Positions 1 through 10,626 of a DNA stretch of 64,000 nucleotides are shown here, in pieces. Position 1 is the first letter of the stretch, and each line of letters begins with the position of its first letter. The translations under genes and the position numbers were made by a program. Location of the stretch: the sequence record SRR22947727_4282. One strand, given 5' to 3'. The notes under the pieces were generated by a model. The model saw only the letters and a list, made by a program, of their open reading frames with translations, searched no databases and was not told where the DNA came from.

Positions 1-111
1 TTTCTCTGTTAGGGTAGTTTTACCTGCATCGGGATGCGAGATAATCGCAAAGGTACGACGGCGCGCAATTTCAGAGGGTAGATCGGGGCGGTTTGAATTT
101 GTATCGAGCAT
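1..111 (-). CDS. prfC: Peptide chain release factor 3, N-terminal 37 codons (runs off the window)
   Basis: Not in the ORF track. Manual translation of the minus strand from ATG at 111 gives [37 protein letters not shown], the RF3 G1 signature. Confidence 0.95.
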   Translation of the reverse strand, partial: MLDTNSNRPDLPSEIARRRTFAIISHPDAGKTTLTEK

Positions 112-118
112 AGTCGCC

Positions 119-147
119 GTATAGTTTGGGCCTGAATGCTTGGCAAG
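119..147 (-). promoter_or_regulatory. Putative sigma70 promoter of prfC (leaderless geometry)
   Basis: Minus strand CTTGCC-N17-CTATAC, 7 nt before the ATG; no Shine-Dalgarno. Confidence 0.6.
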
Positions 148-229
148 TATGGGATTCTTTTGAGTGTTTTCTCAGTTGCAATTCAGCCTGGTTCAGCGAT
201 AGTCACGCGTTATCATATAGGAGGCAGCT

Positions 230-1009
230 ATGGATTTAGGAATTGCGGGAAAATCGGCTTTGGTCTGCGCGTCGAGCAAGGGTTTGGGTTTTGGATGTGC
301 GCAAGCTTTGGCCGAGGCAGGAGTTGATTTGGTTATGAATGCGCGTGGCGAAGAGGCGTTGGAAAATGCCGCTGATGCTATTCGCGCGCGCCATAATGTG
401 AAGGTGCAAACCGTTGCGGCTGATATTACCAGCTTAGAGGGCCGCGATGCGGTGCTGGCCATTGCCCAAACACCTGATATTTTGATAACAAACGCTGGCG
501 GCCCGCCCCCCGGTGTTTGGAGCGATTGGGACCGGGATGATTTTCTGGCCGCGCTTGAGGCCAATATGCTCACTCCGATTGATTTGATGAAACGGCTTTT
601 GCCCTCGATGATGTCGCGTGGCTGGGGCCGAGTTGTCAATATCACATCGCAATCGGTAAAAGCACCTATTGCGGTTTTGGGTTTGTCAAATTCGGCGCGC
701 GCGGGGTTGACCGGATACGTGGCAGGAACAGCCCGACAGGTTGCGCCGCACGGGGTAACAATTAATAACTTGCTGCCCGGCGTGCATGATACGGACCGTA
801 TCAGCTCAATGGATCAAGCCGCCTCTCAGGCCCAAAATAAGAGTTTGGATCAGGTTAAGACAGAGCGCGCCAATGCCATTCCTGTTGGGCGATATGGCCT
901 TGCCGAAGAATTTGGAAAAACCTGCGCGTTTATGTGCTCGCAACATGCGGCGTTCATGGTTGGTCAAAACGTCTTGCTGGATGGCGGGGCCGTGAACGCA
1001 ACCCTGTAG
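230..1009 (+). CDS. SDR-family oxidoreductase (3-oxoacyl-ACP reductase-like)
   Basis: ASSKGLG nucleotide-binding motif, NAGGPP, atypical SNSAR catalytic segment; GGAGG SD upstream. Confidence 0.9.
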   Translation: MDLGIAGKSALVCASSKGLGFGCAQALAEAGVDLVMNARGEEALENAADAIRARHNVKVQTVAADITSLEGRDAVLAIAQTPDILITNAGGPPPGVWSDWDRDDFLAALEANMLTPIDLMKRLLPSMMSRGWGRVVNITSQSVKAPIAVLGLSNSARAGLTGYVAGTARQVAPHGVTINNLLPGVHDTDRISSMDQAASQAQNKSLDQVKTERANAIPVGRYGLAEEFGKTCAFMCSQHAAFMVGQNVLLDGGAVNATL

Positions 1010-1145
1010 CAAAGCTGTCTGGCAAAAGGCATTTGGTGAAGCGCGCCAAGCGCAGAGAAAAGTTGGGTGGTTTCCGGGCTGCTTGAATTTCGCTGCGTTT
1101 CCTGACAAGTCAGGTAGAAGATCGGTTGAACGAGGATGGATTGCG

Positions 1146-2234
1146 GTGGCCCTTGATATTTTGCCTCGCTTAGAAATTACAGATATAAGCCGCAGCTTTC
1201 ACGGCCAGCGGGTAGTGGATCAGGTTTCTTTGAGGATCAACCCTGGGCAAGTGACCTGTCTTTTGGGGCCGTCGGGCTGCGGCAAGTCAACCACGCTTCG
1301 GATTATCGCAGGCGTTGATCGCCAAGACCAGGGACAGATTTTGATCGATGGTCAGGTGGTGTGCGACGGCGTATCTAGCTTGCCGGCAGAACAGCGCTCA
1401 ATTGGGTTGATGTTTCAAGATTTTGCGCTGTTTCCGCATCTGTCGGTGGGCGATAATGTTGGTTTTGGCGTGAACGGTGGGCGCGATGTAAAGCGGGCAG
1501 CGGCAGAAATTCTGCTGGAAAAAGTGGGCTTGCGTCATCGCATTGATCAATATCCACATGCACTTTCTGGAGGAGAACAGCAAAGGGTTGCCTTGGCGCG
1601 CGCCTTGGCGCCAAAACCACGTATCATGTTGATGGATGAACCATTTTCGGGCTTGGATAATAGGCTGCGCGACGGGGTTCGCGATGAGACCCTTGCGATC
1701 TTAAAATCCGAAGATACGGCCGTTCTTTTGGTGACACATGAGCCTGAGGAGGCGATGCGGATGGCCGATGAAATCGCGCTAATGCGCGCGGGACGGATCG
1801 TTCAATCAGGCGCGCCTTATAACATTTACAATGCGCCTGTAGATCGCGCCGCTGTGGCCGTTTTTTCAGATGCGAATGTTATAAAAAGCCGGGTTACAGG
1901 GGCTTTGGCAGAAACGCCATTTGGACAATTTTTTGCCCCGGGTTTGAGCGACGGTACAAAAGTGGATATTGTGGTGCGCCCGCAGCATGTTCGCATTGAT
2001 TTTGATCGTCAGGGAAAGGGGCCAAACCCAACCCCATCGCAAGGCGTGGCTGCATTGGGGCATGTTATCCGATCGCGCTTCTTGGGCAGTGAAAGCCTGG
2101 TTGAGTTTAGAATGGCCTATGATGGATCTGTTTTAAAAGCCTCGATCCCAAGCGTTTTTTTACCCAAGCCCGAGCAACCAATGTGGCTTACAATCCCCAG
2201 AGATCGCTGCTTTATCTTTGAAGCAACCCGTTAA
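1146..2234 (+). CDS. ABC transporter ATP-binding protein (FbpC/PotA-like, C-terminal TOBE domain)
   Basis: Walker A GPSGCGKST, LSGGEQQR signature, MLMDEP, VTH. Start uncertain: GTG 1146 chosen, ORF is open from 1083. Confidence 0.88.
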   Translation: MALDILPRLEITDISRSFHGQRVVDQVSLRINPGQVTCLLGPSGCGKSTTLRIIAGVDRQDQGQILIDGQVVCDGVSSLPAEQRSIGLMFQDFALFPHLSVGDNVGFGVNGGRDVKRAAAEILLEKVGLRHRIDQYPHALSGGEQQRVALARALAPKPRIMLMDEPFSGLDNRLRDGVRDETLAILKSEDTAVLLVTHEPEEAMRMADEIALMRAGRIVQSGAPYNIYNAPVDRAAVAVFSDANVIKSRVTGALAETPFGQFFAPGLSDGTKVDIVVRPQHVRIDFDRQGKGPNPTPSQGVAALGHVIRSRFLGSESLVEFRMAYDGSVLKASIPSVFLPKPEQPMWLTIPRDRCFIFEATR

Positions 2235-2509
2235 AATAGACCTTCTTAGTCTTTTTGCTTTTGCGGTGAATGGGTTTTAAAGCCGTTTGATTTTGAGGGT
2301 TTTTTAAAAACTGTGCGATAAACAGGTGCCGGTCGTCACTGCGGCTTTTTTGATGGGATGTGCCTATTCTTTAAAAAATTACCCAATTCAAAAGAAAATA
2401 TGTCACAAAAATGCAGTTCGCGCTTTAATCGGCTGACTGAAAGCCATAGATAACAAATAAGAGAATGAAGGATCAGGCCTTGGCTTGGTTGTATAAAGGA
2501 GAAAATAGA

Positions 2510-2725
2510 ATGCTTAATAATATAGGCCTCCCGGGTTTGTTGCTGATCGCAGTCGTTGTGTTGGTTCTGTTTGGTCGTGGTAAAATCAGCTCTTTGATGG
2601 GGGAAGTTGGAAAAGGCATCACTGCGTTTAAAAAGGGCGTGAGTGACAGCAGCAAAGAACTTGAAAAAACGATGAACGAAGACGTCAAAGATATCACTCC
2701 GGAAACAGATAAAGACAAGGTCTGA
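2510..2725 (+). CDS. tatA: Twin-arginine translocase TatA
   Basis: [25 protein letters not shown]...[16 protein letters not shown] before ATG 2510. Confidence 0.95.
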   Translation: MLNNIGLPGLLLIAVVVLVLFGRGKISSLMGEVGKGITAFKKGVSDSSKELEKTMNEDVKDITPETDKDKV

Positions 2726-2728
2726 TAA

Positions 2729-3196
2729 ATGTTCGATCTGGGTTGGACCGAGCTGCTCCTGATTGGGATTGTGGCGCTTATTGTGGTAGGCCCCAAAGAT
2801 TTACCAATGCTGTTTCGGAAAGTTGGACAGTTTGTGGGAAAAGCCAAGGGCATGGCGCGTGAATTCAGTCGGGCGATGGATCAGGCCGCAGATGATGCGG
2901 GCGTGAAAGATATATCCAAAACGATCAGCGCGGCAACCAATCCAGTAAAATCTGGTATCGATGGTTTGAAAACTGCAGCGCAGGATTTCACCTCAATTGA
3001 CCCCGATTCCGAAACAGGGAAATTGGCCAAAGAGCGTGCCGATGCAGCTGCGAAAATAAAAAAAGCCGCCGCCGAAAAAGCAGAAGCTCGTCTTGTCAGC
3101 GAAGCCGCAGCAGAAGCGGCTGAAATCAAGCCCGAAGACGTGAGCGTTGATGCTAAAACGCAAGAGACTGTTGCAGAGGCAAAAGGCGAAGCATGA
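2729..3196 (+). CDS. tatB: Twin-arginine translocase TatB
   Basis: [26 protein letters not shown] motif. Confidence 0.95.
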   Translation: MFDLGWTELLLIGIVALIVVGPKDLPMLFRKVGQFVGKAKGMAREFSRAMDQAADDAGVKDISKTISAATNPVKSGIDGLKTAAQDFTSIDPDSETGKLAKERADAAAKIKKAAAEKAEARLVSEAAAEAAEIKPEDVSVDAKTQETVAEAKGEA

Positions 3197-4080
3197 GCCC
3201 GAGTGATAAAATTGAAGAAAGCACTGCGCCTCTTATCGAGCATTTGACAGAGCTGCGCCAAAGGTTGATCTATTCGGTTCTGGCGTTTTTGGTAGGCATG
3301 ATCATTTGCTTTACCATCTGGAACCCGATCTTCAACTTTCTAACCCAGCCCTTATGTTCAGCGATGGCACTCAAAGGACATGAGGATTGCGGGTTGATCC
3401 TGATCCGGCTTCAGGAAGGTTTTTTTGTCGCTATTTCTATTTCGCTTATGGGCGGATTGGTTTTGTCTTTTCCCTTTATTGGTTATCAATTATGGCGCTT
3501 TGTGGCGCCCGGCCTTTATAAATCAGAAAAGGGTGCCTTCTTACCATTTTTAATCGCCTCGCCCTTCATGTTTTTTCTTGGTGCGGCCTTTGCCTATTTC
3601 GTTGTAACGCCGCTGGCCTTTGATTTCTTCTTAGGGTTTCAGCAGGCTGGCTCTGTTCTCAGTGAAGAAATGACCGATAGCGCCACCGCGGGTATTGCGT
3701 TCCAAGGCTCGGCTCAGGAATATCTGAGCTTAACGATCAAATTTATTTTAGCCTTTGGTGTATGTTTTCAGCTGCCTGTATTGCTTACTTTGATGGGAAA
3801 AGCGGGTTTGGTCAGCGCTGAGGGCTTGGGCAGTGTACGCAAATATGCCGTGGTTGCCATTTTAGTTTTAGCCGCGCTGGTTACACCTCCCGATGTGATC
3901 ACGCAGGCGATTTTATTTGTCGTGGTCTATGGGTTGTACGAAGTGTCTATCTTTCTAGTCCGACGCGTTGAACAAAAGCGTGAAGCCAAGTTTGAGGCAG
4001 AGGGCTTGGATGAGGATGAGGCAGATATAGACTTTGATTCGGATCTCGACGATCGACAGGGCTCCGACAAGAATGACTGA
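3193..4080 (+). CDS. tatC: Twin-arginine translocase TatC
   Basis: [24 protein letters not shown] motifs; multiple TM helices; ATGA overlap with tatB. Confidence 0.96.
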   Translation: MSPSDKIEESTAPLIEHLTELRQRLIYSVLAFLVGMIICFTIWNPIFNFLTQPLCSAMALKGHEDCGLILIRLQEGFFVAISISLMGGLVLSFPFIGYQLWRFVAPGLYKSEKGAFLPFLIASPFMFFLGAAFAYFVVTPLAFDFFLGFQQAGSVLSEEMTDSATAGIAFQGSAQEYLSLTIKFILAFGVCFQLPVLLTLMGKAGLVSAEGLGSVRKYAVVAILVLAALVTPPDVITQAILFVVVYGLYEVSIFLVRRVEQKREAKFEAEGLDEDEADIDFDSDLDDRQGSDKND

Positions 4081-4915
4081 GCCCCTTGAACGCATTGCCG
4101 CTGCGTTAGAGCGGATGGCGCCAGCGCCGCTAACGGCCCCAGATTTAAAGCAAGCCGATGCTTTTGTTTGGCATGTTGATCCGGATTGCTTGCAGCCGGT
4201 TCAAGAGGTTTCGCGCGTTGAGCTGCGCCTTTTGGTGGGTATAAACCGCGCGCGTGATACGCTTATGCAAAACACGTTGCAATTTGCCAAAGGGCATGTG
4301 GCAAATAATGCGTTGTTATGGGGCGCGCGCGGTATGGGCAAGTCATCACTGGTAAAGGCAATTCATGGGGATGTGCTTGCCAAGGGTTTTGACGTGAAAA
4401 TCGTTGAATTGCAGCGCGAAGATTTACCTAGCGTTGCCAGGCTATTGAATATTCTGCGCAGTGCGCAGCATCGGTTCATTTTGTTTTGCGACGATCTGAG
4501 CTTTAGCCATGATGATCAGCACTATAAATCTTTGAAAGCCGTGCTTGATGGAGGCATTGAGGGGCGGCCGGAAAACGTATTGTTTTATGCAACCTCAAAC
4601 CGTCGCCACTTAATGCCGCGCGATATGATTGAAAATGAGCGCTCGCAAGCTATCAACCCTTCAGAAGCGGTGGAAGAAAAAGTATCGCTTTCGGATAGGT
4701 TCGGTCTGTGGCTTGGATTTCATCCGTGTACGCAGGATGAGTATCTTGAAATGATTAGCGGTTATTGCAAGGCCTATGAACTGGAGATTGATCCTGATGA
4801 ATTGCGCGCGCAAGCCATTGAGTGGCAGGCGACCCGTGGCGCGCGCTCTGGCCGGGTTGCGTGGCAGTTTTTTGCTGATTTAGCGGGGCGGTCGGGGTTG
4901 AGCCTGCGCCAATAA
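4073..4915 (+). CDS. DUF815-family AAA+ ATP-binding protein
   Basis: [12 protein letters not shown]alker [37 protein letters not shown]. Confidence 0.88.
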   Translation: MTEPLERIAAALERMAPAPLTAPDLKQADAFVWHVDPDCLQPVQEVSRVELRLLVGINRARDTLMQNTLQFAKGHVANNALLWGARGMGKSSLVKAIHGDVLAKGFDVKIVELQREDLPSVARLLNILRSAQHRFILFCDDLSFSHDDQHYKSLKAVLDGGIEGRPENVLFYATSNRRHLMPRDMIENERSQAINPSEAVEEKVSLSDRFGLWLGFHPCTQDEYLEMISGYCKAYELEIDPDELRAQAIEWQATRGARSGRVAWQFFADLAGRSGLSLRQ

Positions 4916-4922
4916 AGCCAGT

Positions 4923-6047
4923 TTATTGCAAATAATCTAGCGGGTCCACGCTGTCCAAGCCCTGACGCACTTCGAAATGCAGATAGGTTGGATTGCTGGG
5001 GGGGATTTTCCCAATCGCCTGTCCACGCGAGACTTTGGCGCCTTTGGAAACAGATATATTCCCAACATTGGCATAAACGGTCAGCAACTCATTGGCGTGT
5101 TTGATAACCACAATAGGAACCTGATCAACATCCGCCGTTATCGCGGCAACGGTGCCTGTTTCCGCCGCTACGATTGTGCTGCCCGCCGGGGCCGAGAGAT
5201 CAATTCCCTCCGTTTTGCCTTTTACATATTCGCGAATAATTTTGCCGTTTACCGGGTATGTAAGCTTTCCGGTGGTTGCGACGGCCTCTTGCACTGGCGC
5301 TTTTTCTTTTAGGGGTGTGACTTGCGAGGCCGTGGCGCTTTCAGCTTTGGGCAGGGGGGTGGATGAACTGGGTGGCACTGGTGTTTGGGATCCCTGTCCC
5401 GGCTTTTCGGGCCGCGTTTTGGGGGCTGTGATCGGCACTTCTAGCGTCAGAGGGATCAGCAGATATTGATCTTCTCGTATTGTAAAATTGCTGTCTAATC
5501 CGTTCCATTCCGACAGTGATCGAATGGAAACATTATAAAGGCGTGATATGGTGAAGGCTGTTTCACCGCGGCGCACCTTATGGCGGATCGGCTCATCTTT
5601 ATTTGTTGCGGGTTGTGATGTTGTTGAAGCTTGAGAGGTTTCTACCTTTGCAAGCGCGCTTTGTGTCAAAGCGCTCACGTCAATCTCAGCGCTTTGCGTG
5701 GCCGCGTTTTCGGAAAATTTTGGCAATGCCAACACTTCGCCTACGCGCATCGTTTTCTCGCGAGACACACCATTGTAGCTGGCAAGAGAGTTTGGCGTGA
5801 GCCCTAAGCGATTTGCGATGGATGTTACAGTATCGCCTTCTCTGGCCACCACCACTTGATAGGTCGGGTATTCGATGATGCCAAGGTCATCCGGCTCTGC
5901 TCTTGGTGTCGCCACTCTTTGTGCGGCCGCGCTTGTGTTGTATTGGTTCTGTCTCATATCAAGATCAAAACCTGATGTGTCACATCCAGCCAAAATGATG
6001 GCAGATAAGCAAGAAAGAGAAAAAGAAACAGCAGTAGGCCTAAACAT
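4923..6047 (-). CDS. nlpD: LysM/M23 peptidase-domain lipoprotein (NlpD-like)
   Basis: Lipobox ILAGC, two LysM repeats, degenerate M23 domain (GIDL...LHFEVR); downstream of surE-pcm. Start ATG 6047 has a GGAG SD. Confidence 0.85.
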   Translation of the reverse strand: MFRPTAVSFSLSCLSAIILAGCDTSGFDLDMRQNQYNTSAAAQRVATPRAEPDDLGIIEYPTYQVVVAREGDTVTSIANRLGLTPNSLASYNGVSREKTMRVGEVLALPKFSENAATQSAEIDVSALTQSALAKVETSQASTTSQPATNKDEPIRHKVRRGETAFTISRLYNVSIRSLSEWNGLDSNFTIREDQYLLIPLTLEVPITAPKTRPEKPGQGSQTPVPPSSSTPLPKAESATASQVTPLKEKAPVQEAVATTGKLTYPVNGKIIREYVKGKTEGIDLSAPAGSTIVAAETGTVAAITADVDQVPIVVIKHANELLTVYANVGNISVSKGAKVSRGQAIGKIPPSNPTYLHFEVRQGLDSVDPLDYLQ

Positions 6048-6121
6048 TATATTACTCCTAACCCCATACAATGATTACATGACCACAACTATTTTGTAAA
6101 TTTTTAACATTAGATGAATAC

Positions 6122-6763
6122 TTAATTTTCTTTTGCAATACCTTCCAAGAGCGGTACGAACCTCACTTCCTTTAAGTCATCATATTCAAAACCGGTCTCC
6201 GTGCGTTTTACGCGGATTAGGTTTTGAACCGCATCGGATTGTCCAACAGGCAGAACCATGATCCCCCCCACCTTTAATTGCTCCATCAAGGGCCCAGGGG
6301 GGTCTTCGGCGGCGGCGGTGACCAATATGCGGTCAAAAGGCGCTTGGTCCTTTAATCCGTGGCTGCCATCGGCACAAAGCGAAATAATATTTTGTAACCC
6401 TAAGCGGTCAAAAAGCTTCTTTGCATCCCGAACCAAGGGTTTGTGGCGCTCTGCTGTGTAAACGCGTCGAGCGAGTTGGCTCAAAATGGCTGCTTGGTAG
6501 CCTGATCCCGTTCCAAGTTCTAGAACTGTATCGCGCGCACCCACTTGCAGCGCCTGGGTCATTAAACCCACCACTGAGGGTTGTGAAATTGTTTGGCCAC
6601 AGGCGATGGGCAGCGGGATGTCCTCATAGGCCCGCTCTGCGAACACGCCTGTTACAAAAAGCCCCCGATCAATTTTTTCCATGGCGGTTAAAACGCGGGC
6701 ATCTGTTACGCCTTGCGAGCGCAATTGAAACAAAAACTGCATAATTGTTTCGGCTTCTTGCAT
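6122..6763 (-). CDS. pcm: Protein-L-isoaspartate O-methyltransferase
   Basis: [29 protein letters not shown]. Confidence 0.95.
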   Translation of the reverse strand: MQEAETIMQFLFQLRSQGVTDARVLTAMEKIDRGLFVTGVFAERAYEDIPLPIACGQTISQPSVVGLMTQALQVGARDTVLELGTGSGYQAAILSQLARRVYTAERHKPLVRDAKKLFDRLGLQNIISLCADGSHGLKDQAPFDRILVTAAAEDPPGPLMEQLKVGGIMVLPVGQSDAVQNLIRVKRTETGFEYDDLKEVRFVPLLEGIAKEN

Positions 6764-7545
6764 TATTCGATGGCTTTCAAAGCATCTAAGGCTTTGTGAT
6801 CGGTGAAATCTGCACGCATAGGCGTAATGGAAATGTAATTTTCGAGATTTGCCGCAGCATCGCTTTCCGGTGCGGTTGCAACCTGCTGATCACCGCCTTT
6901 GATGAATAAAAAGTTACGGCGGTTTGCTGCCGTATAAGGCTCGGTGCTAAAATTGGAGCCGCGCCGAAAGCCCTGCGTGGCAAGTTTACGCCCTTTGACC
7001 CATTCTGCCGGGCAGGGGGGGAAGTTGATATTGTAAAATAACTGATATTCTTGTGATGCTGGAGGGTTGGCGGATAAAATCGCTTGCACAACCTCAGCTC
7101 CATAGGCTGCGCTGGCCTCAAACGGATCGTTAATGTTCACGTTGTTGGGACCCAAATATTGCGAAAGCGCAAAAGAGGGTACGCCTTGCAGCGCCCCTTC
7201 GATCGCAGCCCCCAAAGTGCCCGAGTAAAGAGCATTTTCAGCAGAGTTATTGCCACGGTTTACCCCAGATAAGATAATATCTGGAGGAGAGCCTTTCAAA
7301 ATATGGTGCAGGCCTGCCAATACGCAATCGGCCGGGTATCCGTCGATGCTGAAAGAGCGCGGGCCTAGTTGCGAGATCAACACGGGGGAGGACAGGCTGA
7401 TTGCATGCGCAACGCCGGATCTTTCGGTGCTGGGGGCCACCGTCCACACTTCTCCTGCCGCGCCTGCTAAGGTTTCGGCAATTTTCTGTAGGGTTTTCAG
7501 GCCCGGCGCGTTGATGCCATCATCATTGGTAATTAAAATCCGCAT
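6763..7545 (-). CDS. surE: 5'/3'-nucleotidase SurE
   Basis: [22 protein letters not shown]. Confidence 0.96.
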   Translation of the reverse strand: MRILITNDDGINAPGLKTLQKIAETLAGAAGEVWTVAPSTERSGVAHAISLSSPVLISQLGPRSFSIDGYPADCVLAGLHHILKGSPPDIILSGVNRGNNSAENALYSGTLGAAIEGALQGVPSFALSQYLGPNNVNINDPFEASAAYGAEVVQAILSANPPASQEYQLFYNINFPPCPAEWVKGRKLATQGFRRGSNFSTEPYTAANRRNFLFIKGGDQQVATAPESDAAANLENYISITPMRADFTDHKALDALKAIE

Positions 7546-7720
7546 ATTTCCACCCTATTCTCGCCTTTCACTGCTTAAAGCAGACTGTTCATGCCGGCAA
7601 GCCATCCGCGTCATAAGCTTTTAATTTGCCCCCGCGTTTTTTCAAAATGGACAATAATGAACAGGATGCATTTCCCTTTTTGAGGCTGGGGTTTGGACTA
7701 TTGCCGCCGGGTCATTAAGC

Positions 7721-8368
7721 TTAAATAAGATTGAGCTCCGTGAGCAGGCGCTTTGCTTCGCTGAGCGGATCGGCCAGACTCTCTCGAGCTTCGCCAGGGT
7801 GAAACCGCGCTCGGGTTGCGGTCGGCATTGGATGAGGTGCAACAATATCAACGCGCGGCCCCGACGTTTTTTGTTCTTCGGCCCAACTGCGTGCCAATGT
7901 GATTTGCGCTGTTTTGGTCGCCCCATAAGCGCCGTAAAACTTCTTTCCAATATGAAGGTCGTCAAAGAATACGGCGCGCCCCTCTTGCCTCAGAAGCGGC
8001 GCAATGAAGGGGATTAAAATGCCGGTGGCGGTTAGGTTCGTAGCAATCGATTTGCTCCAATCTTTGCTGTCAAGCGTTGATGCTGGCCCCAATGGTGCCG
8101 CATGCACCGCCGTATGGCACCAAAGATCAACATGTCCCCACCGATCAAAGATCGAGCGGCAGATTTGCGCCAACGCATCTTGGTTTGTGATATCAACCGG
8201 GGCAAGAGTGGCTGATCCGCCTGCTGTTTGGATGCGATCATCAAGCGCCTCTAACGCACCTGTTGTACGCGCAATCGCCACAATGTGATGCGTTGCGCTT
8301 AAAGTTTCGGCCAGGGCTGCGCCGAGCCCGCGCGATGCGCCGGTGATCAATGCAATTTTTTCCGTCAT
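7721..8368 (-). CDS. SDR-family oxidoreductase (YciK-like)
   Basis: TGASRGLG and YGATK catalytic motif. Confidence 0.88.
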   Translation of the reverse strand: MTEKIALITGASRGLGAALAETLSATHHIVAIARTTGALEALDDRIQTAGGSATLAPVDITNQDALAQICRSIFDRWGHVDLWCHTAVHAAPLGPASTLDSKDWSKSIATNLTATGILIPFIAPLLRQEGRAVFFDDLHIGKKFYGAYGATKTAQITLARSWAEEQKTSGPRVDIVAPHPMPTATRARFHPGEARESLADPLSEAKRLLTELNLI

Positions 8369-8447
8369 GGGGCGCTGATGCTCATTTTTATGACCTTCGT
8401 CAAGAGGCGGTGAAAGACGCTTTTGCTTTATTGGTTTTGCACGCGCT

Positions 8448-9914
8448 TTATTCTGCCGCCTTCAAAACAAAGCCTTTTGTAATCATGTCTGAGGGTTCGA
8501 CAGGGTATTCACCTGAGAAACAGGCGTCGCAATATTGTGGACAGCTGCTGTCGCGCCCTTTGGCTTCGCCGACCGCGCGATAAAGCCCGTTGAGTGAAAT
8601 GAACTTTAAACTGTCGATTGCCAAATGTTGGCGCATTTCGTCTTCGGTCATCGTGGCCGCCAATAGTTTTTCCCGCTGAGGGGTATCTACTCCGTAAAAG
8701 CAGGGCCAAGCTGTGGGGGGGCTGGCGATGCGAAAATGCACTTCTGCAGCACCAGCATCTAGGATCATCTCTTTGATTTTGCGAGAGGTTGTGCCGCGAA
8801 CAACGGAATCGTCCACTAAAATGATCCGTTTCCCTTTGATCAAAGCGCGGTTCACATTCAGTTTCAAACGTACGCCCATATTGCGGATTTGTTCTGTTGG
8901 CTCAATAAACGTGCGCCCCATATATTGATTTCGAATGATCCCCATCGCGTAGGGAATTCCCGATTGTTGTGAGAATCCAATCGCAGCAGGCGTTCCGCTA
9001 TCGGGCACTGGGCAAACCAAATCTGCGTCTACAGGGCTTTCTTTGGCCAGTTCAACGCCGATTTGCCGGCGCGTCTCATAGACGGAGCGGCCTCCAATAA
9101 TACTATCGGGGCGCGAGAAATATACATGTTCGAAAATGCAAAATCTTGGGTTTTGCTGCCGAAACGGAAAGTGGCTTTCTACACCTTTATCGGTTATCAC
9201 CACCATCTCACCGGGGGCGATGTCCCGCACAAAATCGGCTCCAATGATATCCAAGGCGCAGGTTTCAGAGCTTAAGGCCCATCCATCCCCCAACCGACCA
9301 AGCACCAGAGGCCTTACGCCCAAAGGATCGCGCACCCCGATCAGTTTCGTGCGCGTCATCGCGACGATGGAAAAAGCGCCCTCAACGCGCCGCAAGGCAT
9401 CTTCCATGCGTTCGGGAATATTCCGCTGTAAAGAGCGCGCCATCAGATGAATAATACATTCGCTATCCGAGGAGCTTTGAAAAATCGAGCCACGTTCGAT
9501 CAATTCGCGCCGCAATGAGTCGGCATTGGTGATGTTTCCATTATGCGCAATGGCCGCGCCGCCCATTGCAAATTCGCCAAAAAAAGGTTGAACATCGCGG
9601 ATCGCAGCGCCTTTTTTGCCCGCGGTTGAATAGCGTACATGGCCAATAGACAACGATCCCGGTAAAGTTTGCATCAAGGATTGCGATGTAAAATTATCTC
9701 GCACATAGCCAAACCGACGGGCTGAGTTAAAACCGGCTTCGGGATCATGGGCAACAATTCCTCCGGCCTCTTGCCCCCGATGTTGAAGCGCATGCAAGCC
9801 CAAAGCGACAAAATTGGCTGCGTCCTGAACGCCGGTGACGCCAAAGACGCCGCATTCCTCGCGCAGTTTATCATCATCAAATGGGTTCGCTGGCGGCATG
9901 GTCTTGGTTTGCAA
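8448..9914 (-). CDS. purF: Amidophosphoribosyltransferase
   Basis: EECGVFG (propeptide then catalytic Cys), LQHRGQE, VDDSVVRGTT, PCFYG, CDAC Fe-S ligands. Start is TTG 9914 or ATG 9899. Confidence 0.97.
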   Translation of the reverse strand: MQTKTMPPANPFDDDKLREECGVFGVTGVQDAANFVALGLHALQHRGQEAGGIVAHDPEAGFNSARRFGYVRDNFTSQSLMQTLPGSLSIGHVRYSTAGKKGAAIRDVQPFFGEFAMGGAAIAHNGNITNADSLRRELIERGSIFQSSSDSECIIHLMARSLQRNIPERMEDALRRVEGAFSIVAMTRTKLIGVRDPLGVRPLVLGRLGDGWALSSETCALDIIGADFVRDIAPGEMVVITDKGVESHFPFRQQNPRFCIFEHVYFSRPDSIIGGRSVYETRRQIGVELAKESPVDADLVCPVPDSGTPAAIGFSQQSGIPYAMGIIRNQYMGRTFIEPTEQIRNMGVRLKLNVNRALIKGKRIILVDDSVVRGTTSRKIKEMILDAGAAEVHFRIASPPTAWPCFYGVDTPQREKLLAATMTEDEMRQHLAIDSLKFISLNGLYRAVGEAKGRDSSCPQYCDACFSGEYPVEPSDMITKGFVLKAAE

Positions 9915-10048
9915 AATAAGCAGCTCCGATTTAGGCGCAGGATTTACTCAAGCTCTTATCGAGTTTCAGCCAGTCTGTCACGGATGTAATGCGAAAGATC
10001 CGTCGTTTTCCCAAGGTTTTTAGCACGCGGCGTAAACCCATCTATTAT

Positions 10049-10600
10049 TTATTCGCAGACCAGAACCAATTGCTCATATTGTAGAGTGATCCACCCCAAA
10101 GCGCGCTCTGGATTGCGTTCGGTTATTGCCGTGGCCAAATCACTGAACAATTGGGCTGAGAGGCTTGCTTCGATTATGGCGTAGCTTTCTGTATTGAAAA
10201 CTGTCCGATAGGCAAAAAATGCGATCGCAATCAAAGCCACTCCACGCAACAGACCAAAGAGCAGCCCCAGCCCGCGATCAAGCCGGCCGATCGCTGTTTT
10301 ATCTATTGCAGAGGATAAAAGCGGCGTGAACAAAGATAAGACGACCAAAAACACTGCGAAGATGGTTACAAAGGATACAATGATCGACAGCTCGCAACTA
10401 TCAGCGAGAATTGGCCCGATTGCGGGAATTTCTTTGACCAGGGGCAAAAGTTGCGGTGCAAATATAAACCCTAACACCGCCGCGGCCACCCAACCTGCGA
10501 TCGCCATTAACTCTCGCAGTAACCCGCGCGAATAGGCCAAAACGGCTGATAAGAGAATAATCGCCAGGATGCCGCCGTCAACAATGTTGAATGTGTCCAT
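10049..10600 (-). CDS. cvpA: CvpA-family membrane protein
   Basis: RGLLRE and LDRGLGLLFGLLRG motifs; directly upstream of purF. Confidence 0.9.
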   Translation of the reverse strand: MDTFNIVDGGILAIILLSAVLAYSRGLLRELMAIAGWVAAAVLGFIFAPQLLPLVKEIPAIGPILADSCELSIIVSFVTIFAVFLVVLSLFTPLLSSAIDKTAIGRLDRGLGLLFGLLRGVALIAIAFFAYRTVFNTESYAIIEASLSAQLFSDLATAITERNPERALGWITLQYEQLVLVCE

Positions 10601-10626
10601 TTAATCCACTTCCTTATCGCGCGTCA

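Noticed and set aside
2291..2393. Imperfect inverted repeat upstream of tatA (TTTTGAGGGTTTTTTAAA ... TTTAAAAAATTACCCAATTCAAAA)
   Set aside because: Pairing depends on A/T homopolymers with several bulges. There is no target-site duplication or second copy, so a MITE or sRNA is not supported.
6093..6118. Possible CtrA site upstream of nlpD (TTAA-N7-TGAA), and a TTAACCAT half-site near glnE (37163-37170)
   Set aside because: Only imperfect or half matches in AT-rich spacers, not distinguishable from chance by eye.
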